The notes: generated by a model from the letters alone, not told the origin. DNA of 62,849 bases from Candidatus Giovannonibacteria bacterium RIFCSPLOWO2_12_FULL_43_11c (GCA_001780775.1 MFIO01000001.1:1-62849), one strand, 5' to 3'. Positions 16,863 through 26,474 are shown, counted from the stretch's first letter. Made by a program: numbers and translations.

Positions 16863-18350
16863 TTAATTGCATCCGCAAGATGGACTAGCATTTGCATGAA
16901 CGTGGTCAATATCCACAACATTACAAGTGCCAATGAATCTTATCGAGCCAGCTTCGCAGAAAGCACCCGTAGCTCCGCAGCTGGTAGCTAAGTTTCTCAA
17001 TTTATCCCAATTTTGGGCGGATCTGCTAGGATCTCCTCGGATTCCCTGAAGTGAAAAGTCCGCCGCATTACCCGTGCCGTTACAACGCGTCCCACCATAG
17101 TGGCAGGAAATACTGGGTATACTCAGATCGCAGGTGTGCGATCCCTTATTTAACTGATTTGGTTGGGGTTGAATCACCGACAACCCCTGCGCGGCCGCAC
17201 CGGACATAACACAATTCACCAACGCCTGAGTTTGCGCAGATATATTGTCCGCCGAACACTTCAATCCGGTTGGCGTCGGGGTTGGGCTTGGAGTCACGCC
17301 AGGAGTTGGAGTTGTAGATGGTGTGGGCGTGGGCGTTGGAGAAGTTGTTCCGCCGCCCCCCTCATAACACCCGCAGATTCCGGTTTGCGGATCCCAAATC
17401 GCGGGAAGTCCCGGACACGCCCTATTTAAGCATCCTAGATTTACGCAACGGCACCCTCCGTTTCCGCAGTCGTTTACAAAACTTCTGCACCTACTACCGG
17501 TAATTCCGCAATTGCAGCAGGGCGCCGATCTTTGAGATCCGCGAATAAGATTTGGGGTACCTTCTCTATAGCAGGGATTGATACTATATGCGGCCTCCGC
17601 TGTTTTTATAAATATCTCGCGAATTTGAGACAAGCTTAATTTACTTGAGGCCTTTTGGTAAGCCGTTTTTTGGCGATAAGTAAAATAAATTTTTTCAAAA
17701 ATGGAGGAATTTTTACTTATTGATTTTACCGCAATAAGCTCCTCTTTCCATAACTTTGGCAAAATGACACGGTAAGACACGCGATATTTATCAATATCAT
17801 CTTTCGTTAAACCATCACCTTCAATTCCAATCATTAAGTATTCTAAATAATCAGCATACTTATCCTGAAGCGCTATTGTGTCGGCCATCGTATCTAATTT
17901 ATAAATTTCGTTCGATTTCAAGAATCCTATATCTATCATGCCTTGATTAATTTCTCTCAAAACGCTTTTATAATCTTCCGTATAACCGAAAGTGAAAATT
18001 TCTTGCTCGGTTACTGTCGCTGATTGCGGCGAGGTAGATGGATTTTGGAATATAGACGGCGCGCTTTGCGAAGATTCTGACGAATTTTGCGAAACAGAGT
18101 TGTTTTGATTGAAAGTTGAAGAAATAGCTTCGCCAAATGCTTCTATTGCTGGGGTTATGAAATCCTCCCTTGTTGAATAACTATTTCCAGAAGATTTATT
18201 CTCATTAAAAATTTTTGCCGCCACGGGAAATTCTTGCTTGGCAGATTTGGGCAGAGCAGGGAGAGAGATTAGGACGTAAACAACAAATCCGGCCACGGCA
18301 AGTGAAGTCAAAATCATGATCCAAATCAGTTTTCTCCGGTTATCCGGCAT
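16863..18350 (-). CDS. Anchored/secreted Cys-rich protein with a PT-linker and a C-terminal LAS (M15/VanY-like) metallopeptidase-like domain
   Basis: 495 aa with an N-terminal TM and a 14-Cys module (CYREG...CGCY). A linker TSPTPTPTPSTTPTPGVTPSPTPTPT precedes a C-terminal domain with SCHYGG...GNAADF...DIDHVH, which resembles the H/D/H zinc site. Confidence 0.6.
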   Translation of the reverse strand: MPDNRRKLIWIMILTSLAVAGFVVYVLISLPALPKSAKQEFPVAAKIFNENKSSGNSYSTREDFITPAIEAFGEAISSTFNQNNSVSQNSSESSQSAPSIFQNPSTSPQSATVTEQEIFTFGYTEDYKSVLREINQGMIDIGFLKSNEIYKLDTMADTIALQDKYADYLEYLMIGIEGDGLTKDDIDKYRVSYRVILPKLWKEELIAVKSISKNSSIFEKIYFTYRQKTAYQKASSKLSLSQIREIFIKTAEAAYSINPCYREGTPNLIRGSQRSAPCCNCGITGSRCRSFVNDCGNGGCRCVNLGCLNRACPGLPAIWDPQTGICGCYEGGGGTTSPTPTPTPSTTPTPGVTPSPTPTPTGLKCSADNISAQTQALVNCVMSGAAAQGLSVIQPQPNQLNKGSHTCDLSIPSISCHYGGTRCNGTGNAADFSLQGIRGDPSRSAQNWDKLRNLATSCGATGAFCEAGSIRFIGTCNVVDIDHVHANASPSCGCN

Positions 18351-18427
18351 ATATCCCTAATTATTACACAATTTGCCTATGGTTTATGCACAAATTCCTC
18401 ACAAATTACACACTATAATAAAGTAGG

Positions 18428-19192
18428 GTGACGAAACTATTTAGCCCAAGATTTATAGTTGCCATTTTTGCAGTGCCCATTATAGGCATCTTAGCTTTGT
18501 TTTGGTATTTTTCGCTACAAGGCGCACTTAAATATGAACGAGCTTCGGACTCTGTTCCCAGCCAGCAAGCTAATCTCACTGAAAATTTCTCAAAAGTCTT
18601 TATAGATAGATTTGGCGATAAAATCGTAAAAGGGGAGGATCTCTCCAAAATCTCTCCGGAAGAGATAAGCGCAACTTCCAAAGAAATAATCCCGTTTGAA
18701 AAAATTGTCGGCGAGATTCCTGTAGCGACTAAGGGCGATATTGCCATCATTGATGAAAATCGCCCTGAAGCCGTAAAAAATTATTTCAATTCGCTATACG
18801 GAGTATACGAAAAAACATTTCTTGTAATTCAGGTTGATGATGTCGAGATTTTATCTGAAGCCCTTTCCGAAAATAATTTTTCCAAACTTTCCCAAATCGA
18901 TAAAATCATTGCCGCGTTCGATAAAAGCTTTGAAGAAGTAAAAAATATTCCTGTGCCCAGGAGCCAGGAAAATTTTGCTGTCCAAGAGCTTAATTATCTT
19001 CTGCGTTCCAAGAAATTCGTCGAGTTTATCCGCAATGTAGACAAAGATCCGCTGGCGGCGCTTCTGGCTTTAAAAGAGCGGCTCTTGTTGATGGACGAGG
19101 TTCGGAGTTTTCATAAAAAAACGTTCGGAGATCTTCTCGCGGCGGGGATTAAATTTTCTCCGGAAGAAGGAGGGTATAAATTTTTTAAATGA
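18428..19192 (+). CDS. Hypothetical bitopic membrane protein, first gene of the T4SS-like operon
   Basis: 254 aa with a GTG start, one N-terminal TM and a soluble ~220-aa domain. Size and topology are compatible with a VirB8-like component, but no motif supports that. Confidence 0.55.
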   Translation: MTKLFSPRFIVAIFAVPIIGILALFWYFSLQGALKYERASDSVPSQQANLTENFSKVFIDRFGDKIVKGEDLSKISPEEISATSKEIIPFEKIVGEIPVATKGDIAIIDENRPEAVKNYFNSLYGVYEKTFLVIQVDDVEILSEALSENNFSKLSQIDKIIAAFDKSFEEVKNIPVPRSQENFAVQELNYLLRSKKFVEFIRNVDKDPLAALLALKERLLLMDEVRSFHKKTFGDLLAAGIKFSPEEGGYKFFK

Positions 19193-20958
19193 TTATGATC
19201 TGGATTTTCGCAATAATAACTTTTCTCATAACGCCTGGCTTGGCCTATGCCGATGTTCCTGTGTTTGACGGGACAACTCACACAATTCTTCGAGAAACCA
19301 AACAATTAATCGACGAGAGAACGAGTATCTTAAACCAAATGATTGCCGGGATTTTCAGGAAAGAAATCGGCATCAGTAAATCCGGAGCCGCAGAGGATCC
19401 TGCAATTCAAGAGATTATTGATGCCGTGAAAGCAGGCAAGAAAGCTCCTTGCGAGGCTCTGGGCAACTCGCTGGACTGCATGGCGTCCAAAATCACCGCG
19501 CAATCAATGCGAAATCTTGCCGCTCAATACCAAGACCGTCTGGAAGGCGTTAAGGCCGATGATCAAGGCGTAAAAACTCCAATCGCAGAGCCCGACGGCG
19601 ATCCCGCAAATACATTCACGGACGGCAAATTCTATGTGTCAGATTATGGGCAATACTATGCAAATGTGGCAACTAACGAGCGTGAGATCTTTTTGGAAAG
19701 CACTCTTGGGGACGACGATCCCCTTCAGATAAAAGAAAATCTTGCGCCTCACCTTAAAGATAGTATTCCTCAATTGGTGAGCAAATCTCTGAAAACAGAG
19801 GACTTTGAAGCACAAGTAAAAAGCACTATGCCTGCCGGTTCGGAGGGATTCATAGATGATTTTACGCAAGGCGGCTACGAGGCTTGGGGAGCTCTCATAT
19901 CCCCGCAAAATAGCCCCGCGTTTGTTTATCTTAGTTTCCTTGATGAAGAACAAACAAGAGAGCAAGCTGCTCTCGCAATCGCCCAAGAAGAATTAAATTC
20001 TCCGGGAATTATCCCAACCAAAGATTGCGATTATACTGACCAAGATGGGAAGAAGCTAATAGGAAACTGCAAAATTACAAATCCCGCAGGCCAGAATGTT
20101 ACAGCTTTTGGACAAATTCCCATTGTTGACCGCGAAAGAGCAGGTGTAGGGGACGAATTGAGCGATATCCAAGAAGTCGAACCCAAGCCAGGAGAAGGCG
20201 AAAATGTTTTTATCGGGCCTGATACGGTAGTGCTTGGAAACGAAGCTACAAGAAATAACGCATCTCTTTATGATATAGACCAACTTATTAGTCTGGCATC
20301 AAGGCTTATCGCATCCCTTTTTAGTAATACTATTAAGCCTAAGCCGACTCCGACCCCTACCCTGACCCCCACTCCTACGCCACCATCAAATTCCGTCACA
20401 ATAAATTCTCCTAAAAACGGGGAGTTCGTCAAAGGCAATAAAGTAATTTCTGTGGATTCCACAGTTCCGGGCACCGCCGCAGTCCAATTCAAAGTTGACG
20501 GAGTTAATTTCGGCGCTCCGGTAACCGGTAGCGGCCCGTATACAATTACTCTCAACACTGACACGCTTACGGAAGGCGCTCACATAATAACGGCAACTGC
20601 CCTTAATTCAAACAATGTAGCTATCAAAACAGGCGACCCGATCACAATAACTGTGGACCGGACAGCGCCTGCGATAAGCGGCTTGAATACATCCGATAAC
20701 AACTTAAACATACAAGGAAATACAAATATAACCGTAAACGCGGCGGATGCTGGAACCCAAAACTTAGTCGCGGTGGAGTTTTTCCTGAATGGAATTTCGA
20801 TCGGCGCCGGAACACTGCAAAACGGCCTCCAACGCTTGCAAAATTGGGATTCGACAGCGTTTGGAAACGGAACCTACGAGCTAAGCGCGGTCGCGACGGA
20901 TAGGGCGGGGAATAAGAACGAAATTAATACGCCAATTGCGATAGTAATAAATAACTGA
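19189..20958 (+). CDS. Secreted protein with a weakly VirB5/TrbJ-like N-terminus and two C-terminal bacterial Ig-like domains
   Basis: 589 aa. The signal peptide ends GLAYA and is followed by DVPVFDG..., matching the (I/V)PVxD start seen in TrbJ/VirB5. A PT-linker KPKPTPTPTLTPTPTPP follows. The Ig-like repeats include VQFKVDGVNFG...GAHIITATA and VEFFLNGISIG...YELSAVATDRAGN. Confidence 0.55.
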   Translation: MIMIWIFAIITFLITPGLAYADVPVFDGTTHTILRETKQLIDERTSILNQMIAGIFRKEIGISKSGAAEDPAIQEIIDAVKAGKKAPCEALGNSLDCMASKITAQSMRNLAAQYQDRLEGVKADDQGVKTPIAEPDGDPANTFTDGKFYVSDYGQYYANVATNEREIFLESTLGDDDPLQIKENLAPHLKDSIPQLVSKSLKTEDFEAQVKSTMPAGSEGFIDDFTQGGYEAWGALISPQNSPAFVYLSFLDEEQTREQAALAIAQEELNSPGIIPTKDCDYTDQDGKKLIGNCKITNPAGQNVTAFGQIPIVDRERAGVGDELSDIQEVEPKPGEGENVFIGPDTVVLGNEATRNNASLYDIDQLISLASRLIASLFSNTIKPKPTPTPTLTPTPTPPSNSVTINSPKNGEFVKGNKVISVDSTVPGTAAVQFKVDGVNFGAPVTGSGPYTITLNTDTLTEGAHIITATALNSNNVAIKTGDPITITVDRTAPAISGLNTSDNNLNIQGNTNITVNAADAGTQNLVAVEFFLNGISIGAGTLQNGLQRLQNWDSTAFGNGTYELSAVATDRAGNKNEINTPIAIVINN

Positions 20959-20959
20959 T

Positions 20960-22678
20960 ATGGAAGCAATATTTTCCAAAAAATTTCTGGCAGGATTGCT
21001 GATTATATCCATCCTAAGTTTGACCCTGCCATTCCATCAGGCTCATGCTGTGTCGTTAAAAGATTTGTTTACCGGGGGCGCGAAAGTTGTCAAAGCCGCG
21101 CCCAGCGTCTTAAAAGGCGCGGGCAAAGTGGCTCTTGGATTTGTTATAACAGCGGCGGCCTTAAAACTTCTCAGCGGAGTCATTATATTAATAGCCGGCA
21201 TGCTCTTCGATATGTCTGTCGGGTTCACTCTTGATAATGATAATTATTCATCCTCGAAAATCGATGCGATCGACGCCGGGTGGACATTCTCCAGGGACAT
21301 CGTAAATATATTTTTCATTTTTATTCTTCTTTTCATCGCAATCGCCACAATTTTGGGGATCGAGTCGTACGGAGCAAAATCGCTTTTGGCACGGTTGATC
21401 GTCGTCGCGCTTCTCGTAAATTTCAGTTTACTCGCAACGCGGGGGATAATTTTTGTTTCAAATTCCCTTGCCGTTCAAATATATAACTCACAAAGTAATA
21501 TCGGCGATAGCGACGGGGAAGCGGGCACCATCGGGACGCTCTTTAATTTTAAGTTTAAAAAGAATTTGGGAGCGAGGGTTTTAGGTATGTTTAAAGTACA
21601 AAGAATCTTCGCGAAAGTTCCAATACCAGATTCTGGTAGCACAATAGCCAATGAGATTTTTGGCTTTGGCACGATAGAGTTGGGCGGCATTGTCATCACA
21701 ATTCTCGGGGCTTTTCTGCTTTTTGCGGCTTCATTTTTATTCATAACCAGGATGGCTATCCTTTGGCTCTTGATGATCCTTGCCCCATTTGGGTTTGTAT
21801 TTTTGATACTCCCCGCGACCCGGTCTTACGCCCAGCAATGGTGGAAAAAATTAATCGACCAAGCCGTTTTTGCGCCGGCATTTTTGTTTCTTTTCTTTAT
21901 ATCGCTTAAGATACTCGAGAAATTACCCGATTTTACCAGCAAAGCAAACGATATAAAAGGCACGAACGAATTTTTGGCACTTATTTTATTGCAGGTGTCC
22001 ATAGCTTTTATCCTACTCTTCGCCTCACTTATGGTCGCAAAACAGCTTGGCATTTATGGCGCGGATGGGGCGATGAGTATGGCCAAAAAGAGTGGGAAAG
22101 CCTTTGGGAGATATGCTGGCAAAACGCTCCCATCTCGAGGTGTAAGCCGGACAGCCAAGGCAATAGAAAACACGAGAGTAGGAAATGCTATGAAACAGAT
22201 CCCTGGAGTAGGTAGGATGCTCGGGGCAGCTTCACAGTTAAATGCAAAAGAAATAAAGGAATACGAGAAAAAATACCAGGGATATGACCGTAAGATATTA
22301 GAAAATATGGCAAATAATCCTAGGGCGAATTTGATGAATAGCAGTCAAAGAGCCGCTGTAAATAACTTGCTTGGCAAAGCTAGAGGCGCAGACGAAAAAG
22401 CAAAGAGGGATAAAGAGGAAAGAGCACAGGAAGATATGATATTAAAAAGTCCATTATTCAGCGCGGAGGAAAAGCTAGCAACAATGGTGAGGCGCGAGCG
22501 CCGCAGATCAAGCGAAGCGGAATCGCGGGCGACTGAAGCAGAATCTAAGGCAGAAGAGGCGGAGGAAAAGGCCGAAGAAGCCGGAACTCGAGCGGCGCGT
22601 GCTGAAACAAGCGCGGGAGAAGCTCGAGCCGAAGCGAGTGCAACAAAACCAACGCAAAATGAAACTAACGCCACATAA
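20960..22678 (+). CDS. TrbL/VirB6-like polytopic membrane protein with a Glu/Ala-rich tail
   Basis: 572 aa with at least 6 TM helices and a long hydrophilic C-terminus (SSEAESRATEAESKAEEAEEKAEEAG...). It lies just upstream of the PrgI-like and VirB4 genes. Confidence 0.55.
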   Translation: MEAIFSKKFLAGLLIISILSLTLPFHQAHAVSLKDLFTGGAKVVKAAPSVLKGAGKVALGFVITAAALKLLSGVIILIAGMLFDMSVGFTLDNDNYSSSKIDAIDAGWTFSRDIVNIFFIFILLFIAIATILGIESYGAKSLLARLIVVALLVNFSLLATRGIIFVSNSLAVQIYNSQSNIGDSDGEAGTIGTLFNFKFKKNLGARVLGMFKVQRIFAKVPIPDSGSTIANEIFGFGTIELGGIVITILGAFLLFAASFLFITRMAILWLLMILAPFGFVFLILPATRSYAQQWWKKLIDQAVFAPAFLFLFFISLKILEKLPDFTSKANDIKGTNEFLALILLQVSIAFILLFASLMVAKQLGIYGADGAMSMAKKSGKAFGRYAGKTLPSRGVSRTAKAIENTRVGNAMKQIPGVGRMLGAASQLNAKEIKEYEKKYQGYDRKILENMANNPRANLMNSSQRAAVNNLLGKARGADEKAKRDKEERAQEDMILKSPLFSAEEKLATMVRRERRRSSEAESRATEAESKAEEAEEKAEEAGTRAARAETSAGEARAEASATKPTQNETNAT

Positions 22679-22681
22679 ACT

Positions 22682-23524
22682 ATGCCGATAATAAACACAT
22701 ATAGGAATGAAGATTTATTGAAAACTTATCAGAAGCTTCCTTTTGATCTGCAAGAGATTATTCTGTCAAAAAATAAGGTTGCTTTTCTTCAATCGCTGTG
22801 TGAAAAATATAATTTATCAGGAATAAAAGCAAGAGATCTTAAAGATGCGGCAACATTTGTGCTGCTTGGGTGGACACATCCCAAAGATTTTATTCCGGAT
22901 TTGTCCGAAAAACTTGGGGTGGATCGGGAGACGGCGAAGAAAATCGCAGAGGATGTTAACCGAGAAATTTTCCAGAAAGTTAGAGTGAGCTTGAGAAAAC
23001 TTTATGGGATAACGGACGAGGCCCCTCCTTCGCTAGAAGCTACGGAGGGCGCAGTAAAAATTACGGAAAACGTTCCGGCGCCCAAACCGCCCGCCCCGAA
23101 GCCCCCGCCCTTGCCCACCCATCCTTCGCCGAAGGCTACGGAGGGCACAGCAAAACCTCCTCCTAAAATTGTCATTAAGGAAAATATTGAGATCCCGAAG
23201 GAAGCGCCGAAAGAAGAATTAAAGCCGCTCGAGATACGGCCTATCAAAGGCGGGCCGTTGGGGGAAAGTGAGATGCCGAACGAGAAAACCCCGACGCCCT
23301 CAAGGGTCGGGGCTCCGACCGCAAGCGTCGGAGTTTCTCCGCGGCCGCAGGTGGAAATGGATATGGGGTTGAAGGTAATGCCTCATTCGCAAAAAGAGGT
23401 TGGAATAAAGAAAGAGGTGCCCAAACCGCCTTCAGGAATGGCATTTATGAATGAGAAAAAGCCAGAGCAAAAACCGCCGGAACCGCCTAAACCAAGTTAC
23501 GATCAATATAGAGAACGGATATGA
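22682..23524 (+). CDS. Hypothetical protein, folded N-terminal domain plus a Pro/Lys/Glu-rich region
   Basis: 280 aa. The low-complexity part reads PAPKPPAPKPPPLPTHP with internal ATEG-x-x-K repeats. It contains two short GC hairpins (23289-23333). Confidence 0.6.
   Translation: MPIINTYRNEDLLKTYQKLPFDLQEIILSKNKVAFLQSLCEKYNLSGIKARDLKDAATFVLLGWTHPKDFIPDLSEKLGVDRETAKKIAEDVNREIFQKVRVSLRKLYGITDEAPPSLEATEGAVKITENVPAPKPPAPKPPPLPTHPSPKATEGTAKPPPKIVIKENIEIPKEAPKEELKPLEIRPIKGGPLGESEMPNEKTPTPSRVGAPTASVGVSPRPQVEMDMGLKVMPHSQKEVGIKKEVPKPPSGMAFMNEKKPEQKPPEPPKPSYDQYRERI
23289..23333. repeat. Two adjacent short GC hairpins, CCCCGAC-N10-GTCGGGG and CTCCGAC-N7-GTCGGAG
   Basis: Read directly and translated as TPTPSRVGAPTASVGV. 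The CTCCGAC/GTCGGAG arms are identical to the inner arms of the tsaE copy at 44073-44111. Confidence 0.5.
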
Positions 23525-23976
23525 GGCAATTCCAAGTCCCACAATTTATAGAAGTAGAAGATAAGATTTTTGGGCCGCTGACCTTAAAACAGTTCTTATA
23601 TATAGTAGGTGGCGCCGGTATGACGTTTCTCCTTTACGCTTTATTGAGGTCATTTCTGCCTCTTTTCATAATCCTTACTTTAGCGGCGCCTCTCATCACG
23701 TTTTTTTTCGCTTTGGCATTTTACAAAATTAACGGCCAGCCGTTCATGAAAATTTTGGAAAATGCTCTCACTCATTATACAAACTCCCGCCTATATATAT
23801 GGAAAAAGATTAATCGGCCAATCACGATAACCGAGGAGAAAAGCGAATTTTTGCACAGAAATAATTTCTCCCTGCTTAAAAAGAGAGCCCCATCTCCCAA
23901 TCAAGGGGCAAAATTGCAGGATTTGGCGTGGTCGATAGAAGTGCGTGGCGGGAAAAATATAAATCCCCAGACTTAG
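23521..23976 (+). CDS. PrgI-family (VirB3-like) T4SS membrane protein
   Basis: 151 aa. The N-terminus MRQFQVPQFIEVEDKIFGPLTLKQFLYIVGG is followed by two TM helices, which is the typical PrgI pattern. It overlaps the upstream gene by 4 nt. Confidence 0.7.
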   Translation: MRQFQVPQFIEVEDKIFGPLTLKQFLYIVGGAGMTFLLYALLRSFLPLFIILTLAAPLITFFFALAFYKINGQPFMKILENALTHYTNSRLYIWKKINRPITITEEKSEFLHRNNFSLLKKRAPSPNQGAKLQDLAWSIEVRGGKNINPQT

Positions 23977-23979
23977 GTT

Positions 23980-24639
23980 ATGGCGACTAAGAAATTAAAA
24001 TCGGCAAGCGCGCAGGAATTTGTCCCGATTCAGGAAATACGGGAAGGCGTTGCCATTCTCAAAAATGGCGCGCTTCGAATGGTGCTGATGGCTTCTTCCC
24101 TTAACTTCGCTCTCAAATCCGTTGAGGAACAAGAAGCAACGATATTCCAATACCAGAATTTCTTGAATTCGCTCGACTTCACCGTCCAGTTTTTTATCCA
24201 ATCAAGAAAATTAAACATTAATCCTTATCTGGATATTCTAAAAGAGGCCGAAAAAGGGCAAATTAACGAGCTCCTGAAGATACAGACGCGCGAATATATT
24301 GAGTTCATAAAGAATTTCGTCGAGACAACGAATATAGTAAGCAAAGCATTTTACGTCGTAGTGCCTTTTGAGCCGCCTATTTTCGAGACTCCGAAAGGAG
24401 CCGCTGACTCCATTTTGGAAATTTTCTCAAGCAAAAAAACGGATATCAAAAAGATTCCTGATAGCAAATTCGAGGAATATAAAATACAACTTTTCCAGCG
24501 CGTGGATACGGTCGCGCAAGGGCTGATGTCGGCCGGGGTCCGGGTCGCCCCGCTCAATACCGAGGAACTAATAGAACTTTACTTCGGCCTATTTAACCCT
24601 GGGGAGTTGGATAAAGGCGGAGCGCCGGTAGTTACTTAA
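23980..24639 (+). CDS. Stand-alone protein resembling the N-terminal domain of Gram-positive VirB4-type ATPases
   Basis: 219 aa. EFVPIQEIREGVAILKNGALRMVLMASSLNFALKSVEEQEATIFQYQNFLNSLDFTVQFFIQSRKLNI follows the pattern seen at the N-terminus of Tn916 ORF16/TrsE-like proteins, as I recall it. There is no P-loop. Confidence 0.5.
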   Translation: MATKKLKSASAQEFVPIQEIREGVAILKNGALRMVLMASSLNFALKSVEEQEATIFQYQNFLNSLDFTVQFFIQSRKLNINPYLDILKEAEKGQINELLKIQTREYIEFIKNFVETTNIVSKAFYVVVPFEPPIFETPKGAADSILEIFSSKKTDIKKIPDSKFEEYKIQLFQRVDTVAQGLMSAGVRVAPLNTEELIELYFGLFNPGELDKGGAPVVT

Positions 24640-24649
24640 ATTAATACTT

Positions 24650-26473
24650 ATGTTTGGATTCGGAAAAAATAAAAAAAGTGAGAATATTACGGTGGCGGAA
24701 ATGCCTTCGTTGCTTCCTGAAAACATCAAGGGGACGGGCGGATTTGATGTTGAAGACGCAGTGGCGCCCGCGGCCCTTCTGATAGAGTCTAACTACGTGA
24801 AGCTGGGAGAGAAAGTTGCGCGGACTCTTTTCGTTTTTACATATCCTAGATTTCTCGCGATAAATTGGTTCGCGCCCGTGATAAATTTAGATAAAGTTTT
24901 TGATATTTCAATTTTTATACACCCGCAGGATACAAATACGGTCCTGCGCCAACTCGAGAAAAAAGTCGCGGAAGTCCAATCGCAAATCCATGATCGCGAG
25001 AAAAAAGGTTTGGTGCGAGACCCGATGCTTGATACGGCGCATCATGACCTCGAGGAGTTGAGAGATAATCTTCAGCAGGCCCAGGAGAGATTATTTTCTT
25101 TTGGTTTATATATTACGATTTACGCGGAAAATCTGGCAGAGTTAAATAAAAACGAAAGTGAAATACGATCCATATTAGAGTCTAAGCTCGTCTACGCAAA
25201 ACCCGCGCTTTTCCAGCAAGGGGAAGGGCTGCAGACAACCTTTCCGCTCGCAACTGATCAGCTTGAGATAAATACTAAATTGAATTCCTCCCCGATTTCT
25301 TCACTTTTTCCATTTACCTCTTTCGACCTGACTTCAAATAAAGGGATACTTTACGGAATAAACCGGCATAACTCAAGCTTGGTTCTTTTTGACCGCTTTA
25401 GTTTGGAAAACTATAACTCCGTGGTATTTGCTAAATCCGGGTCCGGAAAATCCTACGCCACTAAACTGGAAATCCTGCGCTCCATGATGCTCGGCACGGA
25501 GGTAATCGTTATCGACCCGGAACGCGAATACGAATATCTAGCGGAGACGGTGGATGGAAGATATTTCAATATATCTCTCTCTTCGCATCACCATATAAAC
25601 CCATTTGACCTGCCACCGCCTAGAGAAGACGAATCGCCAGCGGATTTACTGCGATCAAATATCATCAACCTTATAGGTCTTTTTCGCATAATGTTCGGAG
25701 GACTCACTCCAGAAGAAGATTCCATTTTGGACCGCGCAATTACGGAAACCTACGCCTCTCGCGACATCACGCCAGATGCGGATTTTTCGAAAGCGACCAT
25801 GCCGATTCTTTCGGATCTTGAGCTTGTCCTCGCCAACATGGAAGGAGGCGAATCGCTTGCGCAAAAATTAAGAAAATATACCCAAGGAACCTGGGCGGGA
25901 TTTATTAACCAGCCCTCAAATGTCGATATAAATAAGAAACTCGTCGTCTTTTCCGTCCGCGATATGGAAGACGAGCTCCGTCCGATCGCGATTTACCTGA
26001 TTGTGCACCACGTTTGGAACGCAGTCCGGACAGAGATAAAAAAGAGGCTTTTAATTGTGGACGAGGCCTGGTGGATTATGAAAACCGAAGACGGCGCTTC
26101 GTTTTTGTTCGGAATCGCGAAGCGGGCAAGAAAATATTATTTGGGAATTTCAACAATTACGCAAGACGTCGGCGATTTCTTAAATTCCGAATATGGAAAA
26201 GCTATCATTACAAATTCCTCCATCCAGCTTCTATTAAAACAGGCGCCTGCGGCGATTGACATCTTGAAACAAACTTTTAATCTTACGGAAGAAGAAAAAT
26301 TTCTCCTGCTCGAGTCGGATGTCGGAGAGGGGATTTTCTTCGCTGGGATGAAGCATGTCGCGATAAAAATACTCGCTTCGTACACGGAAGATCAAATCAT
26401 CACTTCCGACCCGTCCCAGCTTTTGGCGATCAAAAAGGCGAAGGAAGATTATAAAGAATCGAATTTGAAATAA
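24650..26473 (+). CDS. virB4: VirB4/TrsE-like T4SS ATPase
   Basis: 607 aa. The N-domain reads LGEKVARTLFVFTYPRFLAINWFAPVINLDKVFDISIFIHP, with Walker A FAKSGSGKSYATK and Walker B RLLIVDEAWW. Confidence 0.85.
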   Translation: MFGFGKNKKSENITVAEMPSLLPENIKGTGGFDVEDAVAPAALLIESNYVKLGEKVARTLFVFTYPRFLAINWFAPVINLDKVFDISIFIHPQDTNTVLRQLEKKVAEVQSQIHDREKKGLVRDPMLDTAHHDLEELRDNLQQAQERLFSFGLYITIYAENLAELNKNESEIRSILESKLVYAKPALFQQGEGLQTTFPLATDQLEINTKLNSSPISSLFPFTSFDLTSNKGILYGINRHNSSLVLFDRFSLENYNSVVFAKSGSGKSYATKLEILRSMMLGTEVIVIDPEREYEYLAETVDGRYFNISLSSHHHINPFDLPPPREDESPADLLRSNIINLIGLFRIMFGGLTPEEDSILDRAITETYASRDITPDADFSKATMPILSDLELVLANMEGGESLAQKLRKYTQGTWAGFINQPSNVDINKKLVVFSVRDMEDELRPIAIYLIVHHVWNAVRTEIKKRLLIVDEAWWIMKTEDGASFLFGIAKRARKYYLGISTITQDVGDFLNSEYGKAIITNSSIQLLLKQAPAAIDILKQTFNLTEEEKFLLLESDVGEGIFFAGMKHVAIKILASYTEDQIITSDPSQLLAIKKAKEDYKESNLK

Positions 26474-26474
26474 A

